From: Girardia tigrina
Taxonomy: Eukaryota
Assembly: GCA_001938485.1 (NCBI GenBank)
Contig: MQRK01241303.1
Coordinates: 1-51,319 of the forward strand
Direction of reading: 5' to 3'
DNA: 51,319 bases
The notes beneath the pieces are model-generated. The model was given only the letters and a program-made list of their open reading frames with translations, ran no database searches and was not told where the DNA came from. The position numbers were made by a program, and so were the translations under genes. Shown in pieces: positions 12,270-25,939 of this stretch; the stretch's first letter is position 1; each line of letters starts with the position of its first letter.

Positions 12270-12490
12270 CTTTGTAATAATCTTTATATTGGATAAATGG
12301 ATTTTTCTATAGAGAGAATTTTATAAGTTTTAAAATTTATAAACTGAATGGAAATGACAACCACTTGATGTCTAAGACATCAGACACAGTGCAAACTATG
12401 ATAAGATGTTGAAATCATCGTTGAAATCGATGAAACAAAATTGAGATAAGAAAGTATAACAGAGGACGCAGGGATGAAAGATAGTTATTA
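12270..12490 (+). mobile_element. Merlin/IS1595-family transposase remnant
   Basis: IIVEIDETKL and RKYNRGR across a frameshift, matching the Merlin VEIDE..KRKYxRG motif. Confidence 0.7.
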
Positions 12491-13409
12491 GGATGATGAA
12501 CCAACGAATAAAGATGAACTACGGTGAGGAGATTAAAGTATTTTTATGTTCCACGATAATTGTGTGTGTGAGGAATGTTTTGAATTGTGTGTTGATATTG
12601 TGCATGTTGTATGTTGATTCGGATTGTGCCTCTCCTACACAGATGGATGATTGATATTTTCTTTGATTCTTACTAATTAAAAATAATTTAATTTAATTGT
12701 AAAGTAAAAATATTTAAAATAATTTTTGAATGTATTATTTATTTTTTAATGTAATTTAAAATTTTAATATATTAATTTAATATGTTCTTTTTTTAAAAAA
12801 TTTTAGATTTAATTTCAACCAATTACATTTTTTATAATTAATAATTTTTATTAATAGATTTTCTTTTATTGGAAATAATTAGTTTGAACTCAGAAATAAA
12901 TTGATCAAGAGAGATGTCAAATAGTGAATGCGCTTGTGATAATAATAAATGTTGCAAAACTCATATTGATGTTGTTAATAGTGTGAATGCTGTCATTCTG
13001 TTATATATCATAAAGAAACATATCGTGGTTGGTAAAATATTATACAACAGTATACTGACCTATGAAATTCCAAAAAAATAATCTTAAATCCTATTATTTT
13101 ATGTAAAAACTATTAGATATTTTTTCATATTTTTAATAGCTCACTTCCGTTACATAAATGCGTGTGTCAAATTTGTTAAACGATTTCTCACCCACTTTCT
13201 GTGGCCCGATTGAACAGAAGTTTTACCCAAATGTGTAATCCATAGGATTAATTAATAATTAATTAATTAATACATTTACTATCTGAAAAAATAATTAGTC
13301 ATTTTTGGCAAAAAAATTGCGATTGCCTCTTAATTATCACATTTATTAATTAATGTATTCATGCGCAACTTGTAAGCATTTATAAGATCCGTTAGTATTT
13401 ACATATGAC

Positions 13410-15130
13410 ACTCGAATTAAATTAATTCATAAGTATTTATAAATTAATGCATAACTAATCACAAATTAATTAATAAATATTCATAATTAATTAATAAATA
13501 TTCATAAATTAATTCATAAATAATCACAAATTAATTCATAAATATTTATAAATTAATGCATAACTAATCACAGATGTATTCATAAATATTCATAATTAAT
13601 TAATAAATATTCATAAATTAATTCATAAATAATCACAAATTAATTCATAAATATTCATAAATTAATTAATAAATATTCACAAATTAATTCATAAATAATC
13701 TCAAATTAATTAATAAATAATCACAAATTAATTAATAAATAATCTCAAATTAATTAATAAATATTCATAAATTAATTCATAAATAATCACAAATTAATTC
13801 ATAAATATTCATAAATTAATTAATAAATATTCACAAATTAATTCATAAATAATCTCAAATTAATTAATGAATAATCACAAATTAATTAATAAATAATCTC
13901 AAATTAATTAATAAATAATCACAAATTAATTCATAAATAATCACAAATTAATTCATAAATAATCACAAATTAATTCATAAATAATCACAAATTAATTCAT
14001 AAATAATCACAAATTAATTCATAAATAATCACAAATTAATTCATAAAGAATCACAAATTAATTCATAAATAATCACAAATTAATTCATAAAGAATCACAA
14101 ATTAATTAATAAATAATCACAAATTAATTCATAAATAATTAAAAATTAATTCATAAACAATCACAAATTAATTCACAAATAATCACAAATTAATTCATAA
14201 ATAATCACAAATTAATTCCTAAATAATCACAAATTAATTCATAAATAATCACAAATTAATTAATAAATAATCACAAATTAATTAATAAATAATCACAAAT
14301 TAATTAATAAATAATCACAAATTAATTCATAAATAATNNNNNNNNNNNNNNNNNNNNNNNNNNNNNNNNNNNNNNNNNNNNNNNNNNNNNNNNNNNNNNN
14401 NNNNNNNNNNNNNNNNNNNNNNNNNNNNNNNNNNNNNNNNNNNNNNNNNNNNNNNNNNNNNNNNNNNNNNNNNNNNNNNNNNNNNNNNNNNNNNNNNNNA
14501 AATTAATTCATAAATAATCACAAATTAATTCATAAATAATCACAAATTAATTCATAAAGAATCACAAATTAATTCATAAATAATCACAAATTAATTCATA
14601 AAGAATCACAAATTAATTCATAAATAATCACAAATTAATTCATAAAGAATCACAAATTAATTCACAAATAATCACAAATTAATTAATAAATAATCACAAA
14701 TTAATTAATAAATATTCACAAATTAATTCATAAATATTCACAAATTAATTCATAAATAATCACAAATTNNNNNNNNNNNNNNNNNNNNNNNNNNNNNNNN
14801 NNNNNNNNNNNNNNNNNNNNNNNNNNNNNNNNNNNNNNNNNNNNNNNNNNNNNNNNNNNNNNNNNNNNNNNNNNNNNNNNNNNNNNNNNNNNNNNNNNNN
14901 NNNNNNNNNNNNNNNNNNNNNNNNNNNNNNNNNNNNNNNNNNNNNNNNNNNNNNNNNNNNNNAATTCATAAATAATCACAAATTAATTAATAAATATTCA
15001 CAAATTAATTCATAAATATTCACAAATTAATTCATAAATAATCACAAATTAATTAATAAATAATCACAAATTAATTAATAATTAATCACAAATTAATTAA
15101 TAAATATTCATAAATTAATTCATAAATAAT
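13410..15130. repeat. 22-bp AT-rich satellite (ACAAATTAATTCATAAATAATC)n in CYFIP intron 1
   Basis: Head-to-tail units with no spacers, two N gaps, degenerate left edge. Confidence 0.97.
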
Positions 15131-15523
15131 TGTATTACTATTTTAAATTGTAAATTTAATTATAAATTTTAATGAGTATTTAATTAAATTTAATTATAAT
15201 TATTTAATTTATTTTAAATAACTTTAAATATTATTTAAAATTGATAATTAATCAATTTACTATAATTAATTGCAATTCTAATATTGAATAAAGAGCATTG
15301 TGATCGATATCGCAGTACAACCAAATTTAAAATCTCAAGTCAAAATGAAAAATTCTCAATTTAAATCAAAAATTATTTAAAACTTTCACATGATTTATAA
15401 AAGAACTGAAATAAGATAAAAATAAAATATAAAAAGTCAAAAAAAAGATAAAAGTCAGATTTTTCGTAAAAAATTCCGGGACGAAAATAAAGAAAAGCCA
15501 ATTAAATTAGAAAAAAAACGAAC

Positions 15524-15646
15524 TTGATATTTGACAGCGCTGTTAACGGCCTGAATGCACGGCACATCGTCTGGCAGCGGTATGTCGTCGAGGGCGGTCA
15601 CGTTTCTTATCGCATCATCAAATGACACTTTATAAGATTCGGACAT
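15524..15646 (-). CDS. CYFIP: CYFIP/Sra-1 (WAVE regulatory complex) coding exon 1
   Basis: MSESYKVSFDDAIRNVTALDDIPLPDDVPCIQAVNSAVKYQ followed by GT donor (gttcgt). Aligns by eye to the CYFIP1 N-terminus [35 protein letters not shown]. 123 nt, phase 0. Confidence 0.93.
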
Positions 15647-16402
15647 TATGGTTTTTTTGACAAAATAAAAGATTTCAAGAAATTGAATTTAATAATAAGA
15701 GTTCATTTAGATGTTTATATGCAATTTGTTTATTGATAAATTTAAACAATTTCTAATTTAATTTATTTATGTTTTGAAAACTGATAGAAAACTTAACATC
15801 GATTATTTTTTTCGAGATAATGTTTTTTTATGAAAATTGAAAAAAAAGATTAAATAAAAGTTTACTTTTCTTATTAATATTATAAAATTATTATGAATAG
15901 TATAATTTGAACAAAGTCATTTGTTAAATTAGATTTATTAAAAAAATAATTAATGGAAATAATTTACATAATAAAATTTGGATAAATTAATAGATTTCCA
16001 AAAGTCAGTTTCAATTTTTCTTGTAAAAAGTTAATTTAGGCAATTAAATCCACAAAAAATAAAAAAATCATTATCATGAACTCTTATTTTAATTTGAAAA
16101 TTACTCTGATTATAAAATTGTTAACGAAAAGTTTTCATAAAAAAGTAAAATAATTTCAAAACCCTACAAATAAAAAACTACAAATTCATAAATCAGAAGT
16201 TTTAATAAATAGGTAAGATTGATATCATCAACTAATAATGCTGACGCCTTCATTAATTATGTGATATGTTAGTAAAATAGAACGAATTCGTAATTATTCT
16301 TTTTACAATAAATTTCTTATTTCGCTATGTATAATTTTTTATCCTATTCTGAGAAAAAGACGCTGTTGATTGACTATTAAATTAAAAATAAGTTTTGTTG
16401 TC

Positions 16403-16746
16403 CAGGCGCGTACATAGAAAAATATTTCAGGGGTGGACATCATATTACATTTTTTTCTTTTTCGATTTTTTATTTTTAAATTTAAAAAAAATTAATTAAT
16501 ATTTTTAAAATAATAAAATTTATAATACCATCGAAATATCACTAATGCAACTAATATCACTTGGCCATTGTTCATTACTGGCTTCTATAGATAGGAGGAT
16601 TTCGTCATTTGTAGCATGTTTTATGTTTTGCGCAAGCGTATACAGGGAGAGGAATTAGGTTGATGAATTCATCCCGAAAAGTTTGAACTATGATCTTCAA
16701 ATAAGGGGGATTTATCACTCTAATTCCTCCTCTGCGTACGCGCCTG
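16403..16746. mobile_element. hAT-like MITE
   Basis: Perfect TIR CAGGCGCGTAC (16403-16413) / GTACGCGCCTG (16736-16746); a decayed inner arm near 16633; no clear 8-bp TSD. Confidence 0.55.
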
Positions 16747-17289
16747 TTAAAAAAATTCAAAATAGTTATTTTTCGTCATGAGATTTGAATTATCATTATC
16801 GTAAATAATTTATATTTCATCACTTCTTTTAGATTCTTTTCGCTATCTTTTTTTGGTTCCTACCTTTTTCATTTAATTTTTAGCATTGTTTTTTATCTTC
16901 GTTCATGTTGACAAAATAATTTAAAATTTTTGAAATGTTGGCTTATCGGTGTGCTTATAGAACTTTTATCAATAAAAGAAGTCAAAAATAAGATTTTTTT
17001 TCTTTTTTAAATATTTATTTATGATGTACCGATTACAGATTGTTTAACAAAACTTAAATCTTATAGTAAGAATTTAAATTTTAGATAGATGGTGAAGCAA
17101 TTATACTCGCTCCAACTAAAGTTTAAATTACATAAAGATATAGTTACTTTAAGAATATATATAAATTATATGTTTCTCCCGTACTTAAAAATAAATAACT
17201 TTTTGCTGATATATTCAATTGTGAGTTTTCAGTTGTAACTTTCGTTCAATTCGTTTCAGCGCGATCTCTCACGTCAATCATTACTTTAT

Positions 17290-19190
17290 ATACTCACCTG
17301 GAAATCCAGAAAAAATCAGGTAGTGAAATTGTTCCCCACCTTAAAGCTGATGAAGGATATGTTTATCTGGGTAGCTTCATCTCCCGTCTACTCCGTCATA
17401 CTCCTGAGGAAGTTATTGCAGATGTTCTTGCTGATCTTGCCTCCTCAAAAACTCTGTTCTCTCCCCTGCCAGAAACTCCATGCCTATCAGACCTTTGTTC
17501 ATCCGAAGATGATCTTTTACTTCCGAAACACCTACATCCCCTTTCCTGATATTACGGCCTGGAAAACCGGTTGGGAAATTATTGTCCGGAAGGAACATAA
17601 AAAAGTTTCTTAATCTACTGTCACGGGCGTCCAATTCCTATATCTACACAGATAGGCAGCACGGTGGTGTTGGGCTTACATCGGTGTTTGACGAATATAT
17701 GGTGCAGTCAATCACACACAGTTTCTACCTACTTAACTCTTCTGATAGTTTTGTTAAAGACGCTGTGTGGACTACCCTGAAATTCGCATCCAAAAAACAA
17801 ACTAGAAATGGGATCTTCTACTGGATTAATGAGGGGTTTCATGCGTCTGTATGCAATAACTGGTGAAACAAAATCCAACATGCAATTTTGCATTGAAAAA
17901 TATTGGCATCACAATATTTTTGGCATCACGCCCCCTCATGTCGTATACGAATGCTCGTCACGACTCTGTTCTTGACATTCTTGCGTCTGAGATTTAAGAA
18001 CACACCAATGCTGAACTTGACGTCAATCTCCGTTGTGGAGACGAGTTCCCCCTCACCTGCATTACTATCAGACTTTCCAAAGAGGATTACCAGATTGCTT
18101 CCACAATCCATGCATCTGAAATGGTAAAATTCTCTGTGTTTTTAAGAAAATGTCTCTCCCTTCATTACCTTTTCTTTTGGACTGAGCAGAAAAGTGCAGG
18201 TCGATCGGCGTCTGCTCTCTTCCTCTCTTCCTACACGACGTCTGTCGTCTATAAAAGTCATCTTTCCACTTTTGAATGGGAGTTCATTCAGAAGGGTCGC
18301 TTCTATACTCTCCCTGTCAACTGTCGCTTTAAGGTCACTGTCCTTTGTAGACGCTGTAATGAATATGCCGAGACCCTGCTCCATGTTCTTTGCTGCTGTC
18401 GCCCCCTCATGTCGTATACGAATGCTCGTCACGACTCTGTTCTTGACATTCTTGTGTCTGAGATTTAAGAACACACCAATGCTGAACTTGACGTCAATCT
18501 CCGTAGTCGCTTTGTGCACTCTCCGCTCAGAGTCGACTTACAGATTCACTTCCCCGACAAAAAAGGATCGTCTTAATTGATGTCAAGTGTCCTTGTGATG
18601 AAAAGGATAATCTGGAACGGACTAACAATGACAACCTTGAACACTATAAAATGTTAAAAGAAAGTATACAGGAGAAATACGGCGATCATAAGGTATTATT
18701 GTTCACGTTCATTATAGGAGCTCTGGGAACGTGGATTCTAGATAACATCAAACTGCTCCGGGTGATTTTCTTATCACACAGAGAGAAAGCCATCGCCTAT
18801 GCGGCTATCCGGAGCAATATTCGTTGGAGCGCACGACAATGGGCTGCATTTGGCGATAGAAGAGACGCATCTAACCTGTCTCGATTCCGGGATGATCCGG
18901 CCCATGACCCAAGAGCCCCGTCAATCGAAGGTCAAATCTTTGAAGATGAAGTAAACGACAATACCGAATCAATCCAACCAAACTCCAGTAATCACCGAAG
19001 TGGCGACCAGTGATCCTGATGCAAATTAGCCAACACAACAAATCAGATCAAGTCCCGGAAAGGGCAACTAATAACTTTTGTTTCGAAATAAATTTTTGTA
19101 CATAATTGTCTTCCTCGAGTAAAACAATTGATCCGCCGTTCAAAATAATTGGTTACGTAAATTATTGTAACTCTTTTTCAATAAACTTTA
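17290..19190 (+). mobile_element. 5'-truncated, decayed RLE-type non-LTR retrotransposon (NeSL/R5/Utopia-like)
   Basis: RT end (YVYLG, GGVGL), CCHC CRRC..ETLLHVLCCC, RHDSVL, endonuclease RVDL..LIDVKCP and GALGTW; AATAAA near 19180; stops and frameshifts. Confidence 0.85.
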
Positions 19191-22100
19191 GTTGACCTTT
19201 ATAATTTGTACTTTTTAATTAATTAATTAAAAAGTTTAAATTACTCATATCTTTTTTTTGTAATCTTTACTTATCTTTCTATGATATTTTCTAGTTTCTT
19301 CTTTCACTAACCTTTTTCTTCTTCAGCTATGTATAATTAAAGGTCATTTTCTTCACAAAATCTTTTTCTTTTATACACTTTTCTAAACTTTAAATTATTT
19401 TTATTTATTGTTTAATATTTCTTGTTTATCTTTCTCATATAATTCTTTTTTAAATTTTTATTCATATTATTTATATTTTCTTAAGTTTTTATTTCTATTA
19501 TTTATATATAGTTTATATTTATTATGATAAACAGATAAATAATTTCTTATTATATTATTATTTCTTATTATTTCTTATTAATTAAAACAAATAATATTTT
19601 AAAAATATTTTTTATTTTATAATCTCAACAATTTAATAAATAATTTTAGAGACAAGAGTGATAAAAATAGAAAAATATAATCTTATATATAAAAATTTTG
19701 TATGTTCGCGAATCAATTGAAGACAGTATAACTAAATACAACAAAATTACCACAAACGTTCTTTCTACATAGTGACGAATCGACTGCTTTGGAAAAAAAA
19801 TAAGTTACAATGTAGAAAGCTTCATCTACTCTTTTCATATGTCTATTAGCCTTTTCGCTATTTATTTGAAAACTGATAAACTAAATACGATCACACTTCT
19901 CAAAAACTTCTACATATAACGGGTGTTGGTAGGCAAAAACATTTTTTAGAAAAAGTAATGTACCATTCTAAAAACTCAAAGTTTTTCTTTGATCTATTTC
20001 TAAACTTTTGAAAAACTACTTTTTTAATCGCGTATACAACAGAATAAAACAAAAGATGATTTTTTGACACAATAAAAAATATAATTTTATAATTAATTTA
20101 TTTAACATAAAAAATAAAGCAAAGCATGAAGAAAGAAATCGAAAATTATAAAAGTAATGATGAGTACATTTTTGAAAAGAAAAAAATAAAGAGTAAAGAA
20201 TTAAAAATAATAAAATATTTTTATTTATCCTATTTAATAATTATTTTTGACAGAAATGTTTAAACTAATTAAATAATTTTTTTACATTTTTACTCATAAA
20301 TTTATACTTTTTTTTAAAATTTTTATAAATTATTTTTTAGAAAATAATAAAAATAATTTTTTAGTAATTAATATTTTTTTAAAGAAAATGTAAGAGCAAA
20401 TTAAAAAAATATTATAATAATCAAAAATCATTAAAAATATATAAATTTATTCTAATTTTGGCCAATAATATTGAACTTTATTTAATATTTAAATAAATCT
20501 TGTACATAAAAACGAATGTCTGTTTAACTGTTCTCTCTGCATTTGGCAATAATACAACGAACGATAACAAAACTTTCTGCAGATCTTCTCTATCCAAGGG
20601 GAAGGTAAATGTCTGCTCTTTACCTAAAAAATCAATCTTACCTTTGATAATCTTCAATATGATTTCAGTATTTCAAATTGTAGTGCGAGCCTCTCATGCT
20701 CTTTCATTTTTCATTTTTCATTTTACTTGATGTGATTTTTATTTTTTTTGGTGCGCTTGTTTTGTGTGATTTATTTATTTGTTCGTGTATTGATTTTTTT
20801 GCGTGCTGTCATTTGATTTATTTTGGACAAACGCTGCTTTTATTTTTATTTTTTTCTATATTCAGGTGTATTTTTAATATAATTTTATTCCACAATAAAA
20901 TCTGACATATCTCAAATAGAAAATAATTGGTGGAAAAATATGTAAAATTGAAACTCATTCAGTTGCAGAATCTTTATCTTAGAAAAATCGGATTATATTT
21001 GATTAATTTTTAAAAAAAGGATTCATCACGGACTGTGGTCGTAAACCTATTGAGACAAAAGAGCAGTGTAATTACCGTTATGCAACTGATAAATTTGGTG
21101 CTGTGTAATCGAAGCTGCATCAAATCGATCGCAAGGATTTTTATTTAAACATCTTCTGATGAAGTCTTTTAACGGGCGAGATCGGTTGGACATTGGCGAT
21201 AATGCTAATTATCGTCAATGGATATAAAGAAATTGAAAAGTTTAAAAAAATAATCAATACAAAAAAATCAATCCAGAATTAAAATTAATTATCAAGCAAC
21301 CAATTTAATGAAAGACAGAAATTCAGTCTATTACGTTCTAATTATATGATCTAATTTGGTTACTGACATTCGTTTTTTTTATTGACTACTGAATATCAGA
21401 CACAACAAGTAATTTACATTTGTTCAGAAATTATTGTTATTCTTTTGATATATTAAAAGACGAAATTTGTTCAGAAATTATTGTTATTTTTTTTGCTATA
21501 TTGAAAGACGATTTATTTTATTTTTTTGTGGGATATAACTTTGCCTTATTTTATTTAGTAAACTAGACTAATTTATTTTTCTCTCAGGTTAGTCTAGTCC
21601 TAAGTTAATTATTACTAGAACGACAGATTTGTCATCTGAGTAAGAGAACAAATTTGTTGTTCTACACAAATAATGAAAAAATATCGTTAGTGAAGGTGAT
21701 CAAAGCCTATATGAGCACTCCATTACTATCATTAGCATGTTTCATATACTTTAAGACAATCTCCAATAAGCTTAATATGTTTTATAAGATTTTCAAAATG
21801 CACGACAAGTTCTTTAGCTAGCTTATTATCATTAATAACTGATAAAAGAAAATATTACAAGTAACATCGATGATCACTTAAATTAATAAAATTATGGGCT
21901 ACAAATTTGAGAGTTTGCTGTTACTTCGAGATTTTTTTTGCAACTGGAGTTTTTCTTAAAGGTTTTCATGTTAATTCATACTTGGATGACAGAATAATCG
22001 TATGAAAATATCTTTAACCAGAAATATATCAGATTCATTTCTTTTGCACAGTACATTGTTTATATCCCATGTTTTATTGATTTTATCCTTGAAAATTTGA

Positions 22101-22546
22101 TGTCAACTTATTTGCCATTGTTGGTGCATCCAGGTATCATGAATTTATTATTGAAAAGAAGTCAAAACAAGACAATTATTCTTTTTAAAATATGTAATTA
22201 TTATTCACAATTTACCGGGTATATAAACTTAAACCTTAACTTTGAATTTTAGATTTTGAATAATTGGTGAGGCACTTGGTGTCTACACTGAATGATTTTA
22301 GATACATAGACAATAACTGGATTTTAGTACATAAATTATATAATTTCAATTCGGACTATGAGGAATATTTTAAATTGTTTGAATATGTAAATATATTGAT
22401 GCTGTATGTTGATTTAAGTATGTTGAATTTAGAATGGTGATTCTGCCACTCATTTGGAAATTGGTATTTTTTTATTTAAATTTAAAGTGATTAACTATTC
22501 GAACATAATTAAAATAATCATTTTATAAGTTCATATTTTTAATTTA

Positions 22547-22765
22547 AAACGTGGGGCATAGAAATGATCGATTGTTACTAAAAAGCAGTAAAGAGAAAAT
22601 ATCAGTTACTAATTGCAGTAATTCAGAAATCCGCTTCACGTTTTTGGTTAGGTATAAAATTTCTCACATGTCTAGAAAAAAAATTATTTTCCTCTTTTTA
22701 GTGCATTGGTAATGCTTGAAAAACGTGGTTGTTTTTATAAAAATTTTTTTTTATTAATAATATTT
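22547..22765. repeat. Second, inverted copy of the ~215-bp repeat
   Basis: Near-identical reverse complement of 5620-5838. Confidence 0.85.
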
Positions 22766-23270
22766 TCTTGTTTCTTATCGATTTACCTTTTGTGTCCTCA
22801 TTAACTCCTACAAATCGATCAATGCTTAATTTTCTACAAAAGATTTCTTCTCCTGGCTACATATAGTGGTTTTCTGAATAGTTAAATTCATTGTGATCTC
22901 AATGTGTGGTAGGCATTCCTCCCAATCTCGAAATAATTTATCTTTGATACAACAGAAGAGCCAGTCTTGAATAGTACGGAATTGTCTCTCTATTTGCCCA
23001 TTCGCTTGAATATAGACTTGAATATAGAATGTCAAAATTGTACTTTTTTGCTAATTGTTTGAATATTGTTGATACGAAACATCTGCCATTATCAACATGT
23101 ATTACTTTTGGAGTTCCAAATTTTAATATCCAATATTCCGTTAGTATTTTCACTAATGTTTTCTCGTCTTGGCTTGTTACTGGTCTCAGTATTATTTACT
23201 TACTAAACTGATCAATGATCGCCAGTATATATTTTTTCCCGACAATGTTGTTCTCAAAGGTCCACAAAAA

Positions 23271-23272
<2 letters not shown>

Positions 23273-23312
<40 letters not shown>
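23273..23312. repeat. (TA)n microsatellite inside the Gypsy integrase
   Basis: Direct reading; further (TA)n runs at ~33773-33808 and ~39785-39810. Confidence 0.95.
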
Positions 23313-23315
<3 letters not shown>

Positions 23316-25632
23316 ATTCAAACGGTTCTTTCACTGTTAGAGTTTGACTGACTTCTTTAGTTTTCTCTGTAAAAACCTTTTTTTCTTGATAGATTTTACA
23401 ACTCCGAACAAAGTTTCTTCAAACTGGTTCATTTCATAATTATCCTGTAGAAATTTAAAAACCTTTTGACAGCCTGTATGGTATAGTATGCGGTGATAGA
23501 GTTTTATAAATTCCTATATTTTCTCTCTCGGTACATATATCTTATTTTTCTTTCGGACAAGTCCATCTACAATATTATATTCTAAACATTCTTTTGTTCC
23601 AATTTTTTACTTATTTTTTTAATTTCCTGATAATCTTTTTGCAGAGAGGGTATCAAATTCTCCTGATCCATTGCCAACAATCTTGTTTGACACTTTGTTC
23701 TTTTTGCATCTATATGTCCCATCTGGCACTGTTTACACAACTCAGTGTTCCTTCTTGAAATTGCGTCTGCGTTACCATGCTTCTCTCCTTTTCGATATTC
23801 TAATTTTATGTTCAGGCTGCTCAAAAAATTTATCCAATTCTGGAATTGTGCAGTAATCGGTTTTCTAGTCGTCAACATAAATGTGATGGCTCGATGATCA
23901 GTCCTTAAAATGAATCTTTTACCATAAAGATAATGTTTAAAATGTTGCGTGAAATGAAATACTGCTAACAATTCCTTCCTTGTTATGTAATATCCAAGTT
24001 CATGCTTAGTCATGCTCCGAGATCCAAAAGTTATGAATCTTTCTCGGCCCTCTCTATCTGCTTGGGACAATACCGCTCTGATTGTATCGAAACTCGCATC
24101 CGTGTCAAGAATAAATTCTTGGGAAAAATCTGGGTATCTTAAAATAGGAGTATTCAACAATTTTTCTTTCAATTCCGTAAAAGCTCTGTCACATTCATCC
24201 GTCCAGACAATACTTTTATTTTTAACATTTATTAATGATTCTAACGGTCTTGAATATCTTGAATAGTCTTTAATAAACTTCCTATAATAATTGACTAGAC
24301 CGAGAAAACTTCTCACATGTTTTACGCATTTTGGTCTTTCGAATTTCTTTATAACGTCAATTTTATCCATATCAGTCTTTTTTTTCTTCGGAATTTATTA
24401 TATGACCTAAAAATTTTATTTCTGGTACAAGAAATTTACATTTATAAGGATTTAATTTCAGACCCGTGCCAGATATTCTGGTGAATAATTTTTCCATTAT
24501 CCTTATGTGATCCTCCAAAGTCTTAGAAAAAACTAATATGTCATCAAAATATACTAAACTCTTTCTCCAATTCATATCTCCAATAAATATTGACATCAAT
24601 TTTTGGAATGTCGATTGGGCTGCTGCAATCCCAAACGGCATTCTGTTAAAGCAGTATTGACCATATTTCATAGAGAATGCAGTATTTTCTTTTGATTTTT
24701 CTTCTAATTCGACGTGGTAATAAGCACTACCTAGGTCAATAGTTGAAAAATATTTTGATCTGTGCAGTGAGTCCATCATCTCGTTAACATTTGGAAGAAG
24801 AAAAGCTGGTCTCACTGATTTAGCGTTCAATAATCTAAAATCTAAACACATGCGTATCTCTTCTGAGTTCTTCTTGGATACACATACAATTGGAGAATTC
24901 CATAGAGATTCACATTTTGATATAATTCCATGTTTCTCCAAATTCTCTATTATTTCCTGTATCTTCCCTTCAAAATGCATTGGTTGACGTCGAACTGGCA
25001 CTGCAATAGTGATGATATGATATTTCAAAATATCAGTCTTTCCTATGTCCCATTTACTAGCCATAATATAGTCCCATATTTCAAAATAAGTTTATATAAT
25101 GGATGTTTTTCAGGTAATAGTTGTTTCGATATTAAGATTTTTCTTCTAGTATCATCTGTTATTTCTGAAAACTTCCCTTCTAAATTACATATCCTACCCA
25201 CTGTTTCAGTACCATATAACGCTATGAATTTCACTCCAATTTTTTCCAAAATATCGACTCAAATTATTTCTTCGGGAATTATTTCATTAGCAACGAACAC
25301 CACGTGATTTACTTACAATCCTCGATATTTTATTTTTAATGTACATTGTCCTAATATTTGCAAAGGACTACCATTTGCACAGGAAATTCGAGTTGATTTA
25401 TTCTTTTCTAAATAACCTTTAATTAATTTCAAAATTTCGGCACTGATCACACTAATCTTTGCTCCTGTATCAAAAAGACATTAGCAATATACGTTATTCA
25501 AAGTTACTCTTCCAAAAGATTTCATATCACTATCATTTCCTTTTATAATGTTATTTTCTCCTATTTCTATTAATCTCATTACGTCAGTATCAAGTTTGTT
25601 GACAATTCCTAATCTTATTTTATCTACAACTA

Positions 25633-25939
25633 CGCCTCCCTCCCGCGGTAATCCGCATACGCCCCTCAGGAGCCAAAGGAGCCGAGTCGGTGTTTCATCG
25701 GGTTTCACCCCTCAACTGATAATGGGTGTTGTCCGAAGACATTTCCACATCCCGCTCGGATAGCAATGCCTTTTAAAGGGGTGAATTGCAGGCCCAGACC
25801 CCCGTACTATGTTGGTCAGCACCCCAACAAGGCAAGCTTCGGACACTTTAGCCTAGAGCACGCTCTAGTTTCCCAGGGACACCACGTGAAGGTATGTCCG
25901 ACTGGCTTAACACAAGTTTCCAAAGTAACAGGTCCCCTC
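25633..25939 (-). mobile_element. 307-bp non-coding SINE-like retroposon headed by an HDV-like ribozyme
   Basis: Perfect 11-bp TSD ATCTACAACTA (25622-25632, 25940-25950). GC-rich island inside AT-rich Gypsy sequence; no TIR, no poly(A), no tRNA head seen. Confidence 0.85.
25839..25937 (-). ncRNA. HDV-like (nested double-pseudoknot) self-cleaving ribozyme
   Basis: P1 GGGGAC/GUCCCU (G1-U wobble); P2 UCGGACAU/GUGUCCGA; P3 ACC/GGU with L3 UUCACGU; GG after P1 for P1.1; P4 CUAGAG(CGUG)CUCUAG; J4/2 GCUAAA with catalytic-position C at 25851. Confidence 0.85.

Noticed and set aside
13410-15130. CRISPR-like array
   Set aside because: Contiguous units without unique spacers, eukaryotic intron, no cas genes.
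25633-25670. GCGTATGCGG..CCGC as group II intron domain V
   Set aside because: Lacks the full DV helix and bulge; better explained as the 3' end of the SINE-like insert.
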